DNA from: Butyribacter sp.
GTDB lineage: Bacteria; Bacillota; Clostridia; Lachnospirales; Lachnospiraceae
Length of the DNA stretch: 64,000 nt
Direction of reading: 5' to 3'
Assembly (NCBI GenBank): GCA_045542435.1
Contig: JAZQLD010000002.1
Location: 33,867-97,866 of the forward strand
Shown here: positions 18,278 to 28,895 of the stretch, piece after piece
Numbering within the stretch: position 1 is the first letter of the stretch
Layout of the letters: every line of letters starts with the position of its first letter
The notes under the pieces: model-generated
Database searches by the model: none
Told to the model about the DNA's origin: nothing
What the model saw: only the letters and a program-made list of their open reading frames with translations
Position numbers and translations under genes: made by a program

Positions 18278-19438
18278 TTATTGGACTGTTTCTTCTGTAG
18301 AAACAGTTTCGGTTGCTTCTTTCGTTGAAGAATCCTGCGCTGGAGTTTCCTGAGTGGACGCCTGAGTCTCCTGTGGAACAGCATCTTCTGGTGCTGCCGT
18401 CACTGGTGGTTCTGTCACTACCGGCTCCACACTCGGTTCTTCCGATGCCACTGGTTCTTCTGTAGCAGCTGGCTCTTGTGTCTCCACCGGTTTTTTCGTT
18501 TTCTTTGGCTTCTTCGTAGCTTTTGGTGTCGGCTTTGGAGTCTTCGCTGGTGCTGGAGTTGGTGCAGTAGTAATCTGCTGCTGTTCCAAGCTCTCATCCT
18601 CTACATCCTGTACCTCTGGCAGAGGTTCTGTAATCTTATCCTCTTCCGCTGTAATCTGATAATACTCCTCAAGAGTAAGTTCCTTCTTATATAAATGCTT
18701 CGCCAGACGTTTACCAACATAACGGATATGCCATGGCTCATAGGTATAACCTGTAATATGTGTCTTTTCCTCTGGATAACGGATAATAAATCCAAACTTA
18801 TAGCAATTTCTTTCAAGCCACTTACCTTCGACGGTATCACCAAAGCTTTGCTCCAATGTACACCCTACCGCAGATGTAGACACATCAATTGCCAGTCCCG
18901 TCTGATGCTCACTGGAACCAGGCATTGCTGATACCAGATCTGTCGTTTCTTTTCCTCTGGTATTTACATTGTTATTGTAAATCTGCTCCTGTCTTGCATA
19001 AGACCGGTATCCGGAAACACCCTTAAGCAAAATTCCTTCCAGCTCTGCCTGAGCAAACAAATCCTCTAACGGACCTGCCATCACCTGTCTTACATAACTC
19101 TTTTCATAAGTTCCATAAAAACTAAAGGAAATCCCAGGTATTACAAGATCCGTAGGCACGTAGTCCTCTGGCAATCGATATTCTCGGTTTACCAAAACTG
19201 TAATACTATCCGGCTGGGTATCTACTTTTATCATCTTTTTTGGTGTTGACGTTGGTTCTGGAGTTATCACAATTATCTCTTCCTGATCCTCATCCTCACT
19301 TGTATAATATTCATATCCACTATCTTCTGTGTCAGAAGTTACATTCGTTCCTGCCTGAAAATGTCCCAGCTGATGAGACAACAATCCTGCAAACACAGCA
19401 ACTAATGTGCAAAATACGATAACCGCTCGTTTTATCAT
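18278..19438 (-). CDS. M15B (VanY-type) D-alanyl-D-alanine carboxypeptidase with a Pro/Thr/Glu-rich C-terminal tail.
   Basis: The motifs SGYRSY..Q, SEHQTGLAIDV and EPWHIRYVG (zinc ligands of the VanY family) are present, with an N-terminal TM anchor. Confidence 0.85.
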   Translation of the reverse strand: MIKRAVIVFCTLVAVFAGLLSHQLGHFQAGTNVTSDTEDSGYEYYTSEDEDQEEIIVITPEPTSTPKKMIKVDTQPDSITVLVNREYRLPEDYVPTDLVIPGISFSFYGTYEKSYVRQVMAGPLEDLFAQAELEGILLKGVSGYRSYARQEQIYNNNVNTRGKETTDLVSAMPGSSEHQTGLAIDVSTSAVGCTLEQSFGDTVEGKWLERNCYKFGFIIRYPEEKTHITGYTYEPWHIRYVGKRLAKHLYKKELTLEEYYQITAEEDKITEPLPEVQDVEDESLEQQQITTAPTPAPAKTPKPTPKATKKPKKTKKPVETQEPAATEEPVASEEPSVEPVVTEPPVTAAPEDAVPQETQASTQETPAQDSSTKEATETVSTEETVQ

Positions 19439-19690
19439 GCGCCTCGCCCCTTTTTATAACAACATCTTGTTACATGCTCGACTAATTATACCACATCTAG
19501 ACAAAAAATCCAGTGTATCTTCATAAAAAAATATGAAGTTTCTATTAAGGTTTCTAAGCAATGATTATTCCAAAAGGTTAAGTTTGAATTATATAAAAAT
19601 ACTTGTTAAAATGTAACTACTTGCCAACGAAATACGTTGTGCATTCTAATTCTATCTTTGGCTGCATTTGCAGCAGAAATGAGGTATACA

Positions 19691-20593
19691 ATGAACAATA
19701 TGTCAAATTCCATCAAAATAAAAGCACCTGCAAAAATCAATCTGACTCTGGATGTCACTGGCCGCCGTCCAAATGGTTATCATGACCTTCGAATGATTAT
19801 GCAGACCATTGACCTTTACGATGAAATTACCATTACGCGAATTCCTGAAGAGGAAATTCGCCTTTCTATGAACAAAGACCTTCCAGATAAGATTCCAGCC
19901 GAAAAAAATCTAGTATGGAAAGCTGCAAATTTAATAAAAGAAAACTGTAATATAGATGGTGGATTCTCTATCTTTTTAGAAAAAAATATTCCTGCAGCTG
20001 CCGGACTGGCCGGTGGCAGTTCTGACTGTGCTGCTACCCTGTTGGGAATCAATGAGCTTTGTGAGTTGAAGCTTTCTATTGAAAAGCTTTGCGACCTTGG
20101 GGTTACTCTTGGCGCAGACGTTCCTTTCTGTATTCGCAAAGGAACCATGCTTTCGGAGGGAATTGGAGAAATTCTTACTCCACTTCCTGCGTTGACTCCT
20201 TTATGGACATTATTGATTAAACCGAATATCTCCGTTAGTACTGCCTATGTCTACACCCATCTGAATCTGGCAGGACTTACCAGCCATCCTGATACAGAAC
20301 ATGTGCTGGACTGCATTTCCCGCAAGGATGATGCCGGACTGGCCAAAAGTCTTGCCAACGTACTGGAAACCGTAACGATACCTGAGTACCCGGTTCTTGC
20401 AGAATTGAAGCAGTTCTTTCTGGAGGAGGGTGCCATTGGTTCTCTTATGAGTGGCAGCGGACCTACTACCTATGGACTTTTCCAGGACGAAATCCTTGCC
20501 CGGATGGCACTTAAAAAAGCTCAGGAAATATACCCTGAATATGATGTAATTCTCTGCCAGACCAAATTACCAGATGTGGAATGTTTGAGTTAA
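19691..20593 (+). CDS. ispE: 4-diphosphocytidyl-2-C-methyl-D-erythritol kinase.
   Basis: The segments KAPAKINLTLDVTGRRPNGYHDL and IPAAAGLAGGSSDCAA form the GHMP kinase motif. The ATG at 19691 follows the RBS gagg. Confidence 0.9.
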   Translation: MNNMSNSIKIKAPAKINLTLDVTGRRPNGYHDLRMIMQTIDLYDEITITRIPEEEIRLSMNKDLPDKIPAEKNLVWKAANLIKENCNIDGGFSIFLEKNIPAAAGLAGGSSDCAATLLGINELCELKLSIEKLCDLGVTLGADVPFCIRKGTMLSEGIGEILTPLPALTPLWTLLIKPNISVSTAYVYTHLNLAGLTSHPDTEHVLDCISRKDDAGLAKSLANVLETVTIPEYPVLAELKQFFLEEGAIGSLMSGSGPTTYGLFQDEILARMALKKAQEIYPEYDVILCQTKLPDVECLS

Positions 20594-20617
20594 AGTATTA
20601 GGGAAAGCTGCCGATAT
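20591..20617 (+). promoter_or_regulatory. Sigma-D/FliA (sigma-28)-type promoter.
   Basis: TAAA (20591..20594), exactly 15 nt, then GCCGATAT (20610..20617). This matches the consensus TAAA-N15-GCCGATAT and lies about 85 nt upstream of the 20702 start. Confidence 0.65.
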
Positions 20618-20701
20618 ATTCTATACAAGGAACTAGCTCAAGGATGAGCTGCGTGATTTCGGAAACTTAGTGATTGATTAAGAAAATGGAGGTTCGATAT
20701 T

Positions 20702-21337
20702 ATGGATTTGACAGGTGTAAACAATAAAGTTAATAATTATGCCGCTTCTACTGTTACAGAGAATACAAAGGAAGCTGCTACCAAGAAGAATGCAGAAGAT
20801 ACCATTGCTGATTCTGCAGCGGTATTCGAAAAGAGCACAGAGACAAAGAAAGATAGTGCTAATCAGATTTACAACAAAGACGCTATTGTTGCTAAGCTGA
20901 AAATGGATCAGCAGAGTCGTATTGACAGTATGAACAGCTTAGTTCAGAAGTTATTAGGTAAGCAGGCCGAGAAGTTTGATTTAGCTAATTTAACTAGCGG
21001 AAGCAATTTGGCAGCAACCTTCCGTGAAGTTGCTGATAAGGTTGACCAGGCAACTATTGACGAGGCAAAGGCTTCTATTTCAGAAGACGGATACTGGGGT
21101 GTTAAGCAGACCTCTGACCGTCTGGTAAGTATGGCAATTGCTTTATCCGGTGGAGATACAGAAAAAGCGGATGAAATGATGTCAGCAATTGAAAAAGGAT
21201 ATGAGAAGGCAACAGAAGCCTGGGGCGAAGAACTTCCTGAGATTTGTAAGGATACTTTGGAAGCAACCCGCGAGAAGATGGAGTCATGGAAAAATGGTTT
21301 GACTACCGCAGAAGATTACGCAGCATACTTGAGCTAA
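20702..21337 (+). CDS. Hypothetical acidic soluble protein, probably sigma-D dependent.
   Basis: The RBS is ggagg. No family was confidently recognised. The C-terminal half (GYWGVKQTSDRLVSMAI..GGD..KADEMMSAIEKGY) may correspond to a DUF family, but this is not verified. Confidence 0.55.
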   Translation: MDLTGVNNKVNNYAASTVTENTKEAATKKNAEDTIADSAAVFEKSTETKKDSANQIYNKDAIVAKLKMDQQSRIDSMNSLVQKLLGKQAEKFDLANLTSGSNLAATFREVADKVDQATIDEAKASISEDGYWGVKQTSDRLVSMAIALSGGDTEKADEMMSAIEKGYEKATEAWGEELPEICKDTLEATREKMESWKNGLTTAEDYAAYLS

Positions 21338-21351
21338 TCACGCAAAATCAT

Positions 21352-21397
21352 AAAAGAAGAAGGCAGCATCGCAAGAGCGGTGTTGCCTTCTTCTTTT
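21352..21397 (+). terminator. Intrinsic terminator.
   Basis: A 12-bp stem aagaagaaggca / tgccttcttctt is followed by tt. Confidence 0.7.
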
Positions 21398-21465
21398 ATG
21401 TTTCATTTTTTTATTAATCAATATTCTTATCAACTTATATATTTTAGTCCATGTTAAAATCAACA

Positions 21466-22413
21466 TTAATTTAAAGCATCCGGATACGATGCAATGGCGC
21501 CATGCTGCATGACACTTCTACCACAATATTCATTCGATAAATCAAGATATTTTTTCAGTTGTGCCTGGGTTAAATTCTCCAAACCATCCCTGCCAACTCC
21601 ATCTCTGGTCAATTGATACAGAAAAGAACCGATAAACGCATCTCCAGCTCCCGTAGTATCTACCGCCTCTACCCTTTTTGCTAATGAAGCCGCTTGCGTC
21701 TGCAGCGTAAAGGCTTGTGCCCCCTTGCTTCCTTCTGTATACAGAACTAATTTTACATTTCCCTGAAATAATATATCCCTTGCCTCTTCTACCGTTTTAT
21801 ATCCTGTGATAAACTCCAGCTCTTCATCAGAAATCTTTAAGATATGTGCCTTTGGCAAAAATTCCTTCACAGCCTCATATAACTCCTGTTCCTTTTCCCA
21901 AAGGGCAAACCGCAGGTTTGGATCAAAGCTTACCAGACAATCTTCTTCCAAAGCATATTCAATGGCTTTTTCATGTGCCTGCTTCATCGGAAACTCTCCC
22001 AAAGATACCGAACAAAAATGCAATACATCTGCTGATACAAACCATTCTTTCTTCACCGCTTCTGGCTGCAAAAGCATATCCGCTCCTGGCTTCCTGTAAA
22101 AGGAAAACTCCCGGTTTCCATCCTCTTTCAGTGCCACAAAAGCAAGAGAAGTATTTGCCTGGCTTGTACGCTGGATACATTCACATCCAATGCCAAATCC
22201 CATGAATTCTTCCACAATCTTATCCCCAAAAGGATCCTCTCCCAGCTGAGTTATAATCTGGGACTGCTGCCCCAGTCTGGCAAAAACACCACAAACATTG
22301 GCAGGAGCCCCTCCCACCTTTGGCACAAAGCCTGTCACCTGCTTAATTGGTTTGCCACTTTCTTCTGGAATAAAATCAATCAACGCTTCCCCAATAGCTA
22401 CTAATTTACTCAT
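21466..22413 (-). CDS. scrK: PfkB-family fructokinase.
   Basis: The sequence MSKLVAIGEALIDFIPE...GGAPANV...DTTGAGDAF matches the ribokinase/PfkB signatures. It lies downstream of the GH32 gene. Confidence 0.8.
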   Translation of the reverse strand: MSKLVAIGEALIDFIPEESGKPIKQVTGFVPKVGGAPANVCGVFARLGQQSQIITQLGEDPFGDKIVEEFMGFGIGCECIQRTSQANTSLAFVALKEDGNREFSFYRKPGADMLLQPEAVKKEWFVSADVLHFCSVSLGEFPMKQAHEKAIEYALEEDCLVSFDPNLRFALWEKEQELYEAVKEFLPKAHILKISDEELEFITGYKTVEEARDILFQGNVKLVLYTEGSKGAQAFTLQTQAASLAKRVEAVDTTGAGDAFIGSFLYQLTRDGVGRDGLENLTQAQLKKYLDLSNEYCGRSVMQHGAIASYPDALN

Positions 22414-22477
22414 ACGCCTCTCCTTCCTATACTTTCAAAGCAAATAGTTCAAATCTATTCGCCGATTATAAATCTGT

Positions 22478-23896
22478 CTAGTCTACAGCTAAACCGTTCC
22501 ATTCCCAAATCCTTCCTTGGAAATTACCCTTTAAAGCCTTCATTATAAATGGATTATTTTCTTCGTCTTTATCACATTCTATATAATATCGGCTGGTAAG
22601 AACCACTTCACCTTCGTTTAGATAAATTTCCACCAAAGAAGTATCCAAAAGAATCCGGCAGCTCTCCAGCTTGTCCAAAATCACTTGACGAATCTTCCGT
22701 CCTCTTCCGATTTCCTTTGCTGATTTACCATAAAATTTCATAGAAAATATCCCTGACTTATAATTCAAACAAAATCCCGACCCTATCTGGTCAAAATCAA
22801 TTTGAAATTCCTTCGATTCAATATCCTCTAATAAAATCTCATAAGCTTGTCTGCTCTCCCCAGATAAATTTCTATAAAGTACAAATTCACTGTCTGGCTC
22901 CAGCTTCCTTTCCCTTTGGCGAAGCTGCTCCAGTTCCTTCACTGGAGTTTGATGCACTCTTCCATTTTTCCACGTCAGCACCCTTGGCACTGTCAAAGCA
23001 TGCTGCCAGCCAGTTTGGATCGTAGGCTCATTGTCGTATTCTTCGTCTGCCAGCCCTGCCCAGCCAATGAGAATCCTTCTTCCCTGTTCATCGACAAAGG
23101 TCTGGGGTGCATAGAAATCAAATCCCATGTCCCATTCAATAAATTCTCCTAATGAGGGTTTGTCCAATATTTCACCCTCAACTAAAAAATACCCCGACTG
23201 ATAAATATTCTGATAACGATATTCCTCTGCCATCAGTCCTTGAGGAGATAAAGAAAGGATTCCCTTCCCAGTAGGCAAAGTAAAATAATCTGGACATTCC
23301 CACATAAAACCAAAATCATAATCTGTAGTAATGTCCTTCAAAAACTCCCATTTCACCAGATCCTTTGACTGAAAAATCAAGACTGCTCCCTTATCTCCCA
23401 CAAGTCTGCCGCCTTGAATCATATAAAAGGTATCATCCTGCTGCCACACCTTAGGATCTCTGATATGACAGGTATATTTTGACGGATAATCCTCATTCGT
23501 CATAACACACTGCTTAGCACTAAACTGCCTTCCATCTGTACTTGTCACCAGAATGGTATTGGCTTCCCGGCCGGTATGTACATAATCATGGACACCATCC
23601 TGCTCCACATTTCCAGTGTAATATAAATACATCTTCCCTTTATGCAAAAACGCACTGCCAGAAAACACTCCATCCTTATCAAACACCTGGTCTGGCTTTA
23701 AAGGTTCCCCCTCATATTTCCAATAAATTAAATCCTTACTGGTATAATGTCCCCAATACTTATTCCCGCCTTTGGGATTATCAGGTGTGTATTGAAAGAA
23801 AACATGATACACCCCCTGAAACTGACAAAGTCCATTTGGGTCATTCATCCACCCCAGAGGTGGCATCAAATGAAATAAAAGCCGGTTCCCATCCAT
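22478..23896 (-). CDS. scrB: GH32 sucrose-6-phosphate hydrolase / beta-fructofuranosidase.
   Basis: The motifs WMNDPNG, IRDPKV (RDP motif) and WECPD are present. The start is set at the ATG (MDGNRL) that follows the RBS ggagg. Confidence 0.85.
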   Translation of the reverse strand: MDGNRLLFHLMPPLGWMNDPNGLCQFQGVYHVFFQYTPDNPKGGNKYWGHYTSKDLIYWKYEGEPLKPDQVFDKDGVFSGSAFLHKGKMYLYYTGNVEQDGVHDYVHTGREANTILVTSTDGRQFSAKQCVMTNEDYPSKYTCHIRDPKVWQQDDTFYMIQGGRLVGDKGAVLIFQSKDLVKWEFLKDITTDYDFGFMWECPDYFTLPTGKGILSLSPQGLMAEEYRYQNIYQSGYFLVEGEILDKPSLGEFIEWDMGFDFYAPQTFVDEQGRRILIGWAGLADEEYDNEPTIQTGWQHALTVPRVLTWKNGRVHQTPVKELEQLRQRERKLEPDSEFVLYRNLSGESRQAYEILLEDIESKEFQIDFDQIGSGFCLNYKSGIFSMKFYGKSAKEIGRGRKIRQVILDKLESCRILLDTSLVEIYLNEGEVVLTSRYYIECDKDEENNPFIMKALKGNFQGRIWEWNGLAVD

Positions 23897-23920
23897 TTTC
23901 CTTCCTCCATTTCTCAAAAT

Positions 23921-24468
23921 ACTTACTCCTACTTCGCATAAAAAATGTTCTTCACCTTCCGATAATAATATCTATTAGAAATTTAAAATGATTTTTCATC
24001 AACATACTAAGTAAAGAAAAAGATTTTCGGAATTGCTTTTTCGAAGACAACACAGGTCTTTTGAAGGACTTCGCTTTCTAAGCTTTCTACATGGCGCACC
24101 GCCGTAGCACTGTCTGAACAGGATGGATGAGAGATGCAGTTGTCCTACGCAGAACGCTTGCGCTGCGGGAGATAACGCAACGATGCATAATGTCTCGAAA
24201 TACGAGACATAAGCACCGGCGTTATCAACGCCCATGCGTTAGGAGAACTGCACTCCATCCATCTCTGTGAGTTTGCGAAGGCGGTTGCGTAATCACCAGT
24301 AGAAAGCAGAAAGCGATTAGTCCTTCTTAAGACCGTAGAAGTTGCGAGAAAAAGCAATCCAAAAACTTTTTCTATATTTTGTTTTTTATATGAAAAATCA
24401 TTCTTAATAGTTGGTATAGATATTATTATCGGAAGGTGTAACATTTTTTATGCGCGAAGTAGAGTATT
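23921..24468. repeat. Long imperfect palindromic repeat, family A copy 3. It fills the whole intergenic region.
   Basis: The core is at 23985..24402. The locus-specific arms include caccttccgataataatatctat / atagatattattatcggaaggtg, and further out acttcgc-ataaaaaatgtt / aacattttttatgcgcgaagt. The element reaches the stop codon of the M56 gene at 24469. Confidence 0.9.
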
Positions 24469-26622
24469 CTACTCCTCCAGCTTTCTTGTGTAGGTCAGAT
24501 TGGAAGTCTGTCCTGTAGAAATCACATAATCATATCTTCCTGAGAGTAGAATCCCTTCTCCTGCATTTGCTGCAAATCCAATGGTAATATTGTCTCCATC
24601 CTGCAATTCCATAACGCTATAGACCGCAGCACTTCCTTCTGCAAAGGAAATTTCACTATCGTCATAGTTCTTTAAAATATCTTCCAAAGCATGATAGTCC
24701 TTGCTCTGTCGATAGATTTCCTTCTGTTCCTTCATATCATAAAGAATAAATCCCTGACCGGTATCATCCCCATACCCCAATACTCCATACCGAAATCCAT
24801 TCGCTTCTTCGTCTGCCACAGTCACCCAGTCAAAAGAACGATAATAACCATCAATATCTTTAAATCTTTTTATTTCTGTCCCTTCATTGGAGCTGTAAAT
24901 TCTCAGCTGCACAATCTTTTCTTTGCCTGTTTTGTCAAGCTTTGTAACTACCTCTGCTGCCATGGATTGACTATCATTTATCAAAGTATGCTGATTTTTC
25001 TTTCCTATCTGAGGCTTATCCTCCTCTGGCACCTTTCTGGCATCTATCTCTTCCTGAGTAATATGCTGCCGGCAATATTTTTTCTGTAATTCATCCCATA
25101 CATAACTGGCAATCCCATCTCCAATCATTGTAGTAATGACTCCCTTTGCCTCCTGCACATAAGAAAATGCCATAGAACCAGTCTGAAGGCTGGTCACGCC
25201 TGATATATATATGGGTTCGCTGATAATATTTAGTGATTCTTCCTCAATATTAATCAAATAATACATATGCAAGGCCTCTGCTTTTACCGCACTCCCACTG
25301 GCCACTTCTATCAGTTCATTTTCGGATAATTCAGGCTTTTGTCCTAATGACAACTCCATGACTCCATCTTCATTATAATCCTCTAAGGTCAAAGTCAAAG
25401 TTTCCTCAAACTGCTGCTTTGTTTGTCCCTTAAAAATCTCCGAAAGTAGCAGTGTATCAATGGTTCCTCCGCTCACATCCTTCATACGAAGCATGCACTT
25501 CCCAGTATATCCCTCCCCTTCCTGAAAGCTTCCCTGTGTCATTACCAATTCCAAATCTACAATCTCGTCTTTTGGATTTGTAGTTTCACATTTCCCAATG
25601 ATTTCATTAGTAATGGTCTTTTTTTCGGACACCTCAAAAAGAGGCTCTTCCTCGGAAGTCTCTACACGACTCCATGTTCCACCATTCCATATATTGTAAA
25701 ATGCAGAAAGTCCAAACCAACCAAAGAAACAGACCGTCAAAACAAAAGACGCTAGTCCTTTTTTCAGGACACTGTTTCTCTCCAGATAAATTAAATGCTC
25801 CGCCCGGCGCTCCAGACGATTTTCGACAAACAATGCAAAAGGTACACTGCCTCCTCTTCCCTCCTTCTTCATATTCATGATATCCTGTGCATAAAGTTCC
25901 TTTTGTTCCCAGCCGATTTCACCCACCACGGCTTCATCACAGGCAGTTTCCATATCCACACCCGACAGATACCATGCCAGCCAGATGAAAGGATTCCACC
26001 AATGTACACAGGAAATCAACAATTCTATCAGGCGTATCAAATCATCTCTACGTCTCCCATGCATCTGTTCATGCAAAAGAATATTCTTGGTTTCTCTAGC
26101 CGATAAATGATCCGGCAGATAGATTTTGGTTTTTAAAATCCCCGTCCGCACCGGTGTCTGTATTTTCTCTGACTGATATACCCTGTCAAAAAGCAATGTA
26201 GCATCCTTGAGGCTTTTCTCCACAGCTCTCTGTTTCCAGAACACAAACGACAAGATAGACACGATACCGACCATCCAAAATATGGTACACACTATATAAG
26301 GTGTGGTAACAATGATGTCACTTTCGTAAACCAGTCGCCAACCACTCATTAATCCAGCGTTTTCCTGAGTCGTAAGACCAATGGAACGTAGTAAAAGATG
26401 AAATTCACGATTATGTTTCTCCAAAAGACATAAAGGACTGGTAATTCCTATTGGAGAAATAGCTCGCAGATAAAACAATCCCCATAATGCACAGGAATAC
26501 TTCCGCGGAAGTTTTCCAAAAGCCAGCCGTAGTACCAATACCACTGGTAATATAGCCAAAAGCATCATACTCATCGAAAAACTCGTATAAAAAAGTCTAT
26601 ATAAAATATCCATTATCATCAT
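24469..26622 (-). CDS. BlaR1/MecR1-like M56 peptidase-domain membrane sensor with an uncharacterised C-terminal extracytoplasmic domain of about 400 aa.
   Basis: TM helices are followed by the HEXXH motif (LLHEQMHGRRRDD). A further TM segment and a large domain of unknown family follow. No penicillin-binding motif (SxxK, KTG) was seen in the sensor part. Confidence 0.7.
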   Translation of the reverse strand: MMIMDILYRLFYTSFSMSMMLLAILPVVLVLRLAFGKLPRKYSCALWGLFYLRAISPIGITSPLCLLEKHNREFHLLLRSIGLTTQENAGLMSGWRLVYESDIIVTTPYIVCTIFWMVGIVSILSFVFWKQRAVEKSLKDATLLFDRVYQSEKIQTPVRTGILKTKIYLPDHLSARETKNILLHEQMHGRRRDDLIRLIELLISCVHWWNPFIWLAWYLSGVDMETACDEAVVGEIGWEQKELYAQDIMNMKKEGRGGSVPFALFVENRLERRAEHLIYLERNSVLKKGLASFVLTVCFFGWFGLSAFYNIWNGGTWSRVETSEEEPLFEVSEKKTITNEIIGKCETTNPKDEIVDLELVMTQGSFQEGEGYTGKCMLRMKDVSGGTIDTLLLSEIFKGQTKQQFEETLTLTLEDYNEDGVMELSLGQKPELSENELIEVASGSAVKAEALHMYYLINIEEESLNIISEPIYISGVTSLQTGSMAFSYVQEAKGVITTMIGDGIASYVWDELQKKYCRQHITQEEIDARKVPEEDKPQIGKKNQHTLINDSQSMAAEVVTKLDKTGKEKIVQLRIYSSNEGTEIKRFKDIDGYYRSFDWVTVADEEANGFRYGVLGYGDDTGQGFILYDMKEQKEIYRQSKDYHALEDILKNYDDSEISFAEGSAAVYSVMELQDGDNITIGFAANAGEGILLSGRYDYVISTGQTSNLTYTRKLEE

Positions 26623-26778
26623 TCCAATCTAATCAATCATTCGTAAAATCTTCCTTTCATGATACAAAAAATGTAACAAAAAGAAAAGTGCAAAACACAC
26701 TTTTCATGTATTTTACACTTTCTGATTATAGGATTTTCCTCGTTTCTACATGATGTATATCAAATTCCATTACATCTT

Positions 26779-27594
26779 TTAATACTTAAAAATCACCTCT
26801 TTTACACCGGAAATATCTTCTTTATTTACTTCAACCAAGGTAACATACTCTACCATTACACATGCATGCATTTCTCCATCGTGACAGAGATGAACCGTAA
26901 TTTCCAACTTGTCTGCAGATTCTGCTGGTATTCTAATGCCGCCAAGAACCTGCTCAAGTCCATCAGTGGCATAAGCAGTTCCAATACACAAAGCTTTCTG
27001 TTCAAAAAAATCTTTCGTATAATTAGAAAACGCTGCTTCCATTTCTGATACAGCATATGGAGACATCTTGGAACGTATTTTTGTCAGATATTCATCTAAT
27101 TCTTCCTTAGTTCTAATAATTACATTTGGTTCAGGATTTTCGTAATACCAAGAGTATCCCTTTATTTCACCATTAATAACAACGTCTATCGTAAGTTTTT
27201 CTGCCTCACTTGGTACTTCTGTCTCATTTGGCATCTTTGTATTAGTAACAAATTCTGGTACTACTTCAACCTTACATTTGGCAATAAACGTTTTACCATT
27301 TTTTAATTTAACCACTGCAGAAATATTTGTTTTTCCTTCACTGACACCAATGACCTTCCCTTTACTATTTACCGTTGCAATTTCCTTGTCCGCACTTTTC
27401 CATCTTTTTATTTTCTTGATTTTTTTCATAGCCTTCTTAGCAAAGCTTAATTTTTTGCTATCCCCTACATTCAAGGAAATCTCTTTTGTTTTTAAATCAA
27501 TTGTTGAACTTTTCTTGGCATCTACAGAAGTACCAGAAGCCAACAATCCAACAGATGTAAAAACAGTTATAAAACGAATTATACTTTTTTTCAT
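26779..27594 (-). CDS. Secreted protein with a bacterial Ig-like (Big_2) domain.
   Basis: There is a signal peptide. The segment LNVGDSKKLSF...WKSADKEIATVNSKGKVIGVSEGKTNISA matches the Big_2 pattern. The C-terminal domain is unassigned. Confidence 0.6.
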   Translation of the reverse strand: MKKSIIRFITVFTSVGLLASGTSVDAKKSSTIDLKTKEISLNVGDSKKLSFAKKAMKKIKKIKRWKSADKEIATVNSKGKVIGVSEGKTNISAVVKLKNGKTFIAKCKVEVVPEFVTNTKMPNETEVPSEAEKLTIDVVINGEIKGYSWYYENPEPNVIIRTKEELDEYLTKIRSKMSPYAVSEMEAAFSNYTKDFFEQKALCIGTAYATDGLEQVLGGIRIPAESADKLEITVHLCHDGEMHACVMVEYVTLVEVNKEDISGVKEVIFKY

Positions 27595-27647
27595 GATAAA
27601 TCCCTCCCATAATAATCTTAGTTTTTCTCCTACTTAACACTAACTCA

Positions 27648-28895
27648 TTAAGATTCTCTCCGATATTGATACAAGCTATCCTTCCGTTTTCTTCCCTGAC
27701 CGTTTCTCAACACCTTAAAACCACCAATATAAAATTCCTTATCCGACGCAGCTTTTATTACACTAGGATGTCCCAGATACTGTTCTCCACTATCATCCCG
27801 ACCGATATCGCTGACGATACTACATTCATTGTAAGATAAGATTTGCTTAAACTCACTATCTGTCAGTTTCGCCTGAAATACCCCAAATACATTTGCCAAA
27901 AAGATTTTATCATTTTTAATGTCAAATACAGTATCTCTTGCGTATTCCTCTTTCAGACTACTTCGAATCGAATTATTCTCTTCTACCGGAATTGGGATTT
28001 CGTTGATTCGATTTCCTTTTAAATACTCAACCACTAAATAATCATAATTCGTTTCACTATCGAATCCCTCTCCTACTTCATCAAATCCTATCAGGTATTT
28101 TTTATACACCATCTTTACCCACATGTCAGAGTAGTCCTTCGAAAACACTGACTTGCCATTTTTCATATTAATACCTATAATCTGTTTATATTTGTCATAT
28201 TTCTCATAGACTCCAGAAGCATTTTGTTCTTCCACCAAAACAGATACATATATATATACAATATTTTTTCTTACCCCCAGTATACTGGTTGAATAAGAAA
28301 GCGCATTCGGATATTGTTCCAAATCAATAAACTTGTCCAGACAAATCGTTTTACAAACCTTTCCTTTTTTATTTATTTTAACAATAAATTCAGGAGTCAT
28401 AAGATATGTATTGCATAATTCCACTATGCTATATATATTATCTTTAGAATCTACACAAACCTGAGACTTATTCTCTCCTTCAACAACCCATTCATCCTTA
28501 GAATAACCGGAAGGATACTTCCACGGAATTGTTTTTTTATCCCCCATGATAAGCTTATTCTTTTTATTTTTCACTTCATACAGATAACATCCCGAATCTC
28601 CCCATGAACACTTCATAATTTTATTTTTCCATAAAATCAGCCCATGCTCTGCATCATAACATGAACGAATGGTATTCTTTACCTTTTTTTCTCGATATAA
28701 CTTCACATCTTCGCCAAGGTCTTTCATCTGATTATTCTGTTCCGTCTCCTCCTCCGGCATCCCCTTCTCTTTTTCTATCATTTTTTTATCAGTAGACGAT
28801 GCACTTGTGTTACTTGAAGAATTTCCAAGACACCCTGTTAATATAGTCATAATTAATAGTATACATATTCTAAAATAGCATTTTTTGCTTCCCAT
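27648..28895 (-). CDS. Hypothetical lipoprotein.
   Basis: It has a signal peptide with the lipobox LTGC. No recognisable domain was found. Confidence 0.55.
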   Translation of the reverse strand: MGSKKCYFRICILLIMTILTGCLGNSSSNTSASSTDKKMIEKEKGMPEEETEQNNQMKDLGEDVKLYREKKVKNTIRSCYDAEHGLILWKNKIMKCSWGDSGCYLYEVKNKKNKLIMGDKKTIPWKYPSGYSKDEWVVEGENKSQVCVDSKDNIYSIVELCNTYLMTPEFIVKINKKGKVCKTICLDKFIDLEQYPNALSYSTSILGVRKNIVYIYVSVLVEEQNASGVYEKYDKYKQIIGINMKNGKSVFSKDYSDMWVKMVYKKYLIGFDEVGEGFDSETNYDYLVVEYLKGNRINEIPIPVEENNSIRSSLKEEYARDTVFDIKNDKIFLANVFGVFQAKLTDSEFKQILSYNECSIVSDIGRDDSGEQYLGHPSVIKAASDKEFYIGGFKVLRNGQGRKRKDSLYQYRRES

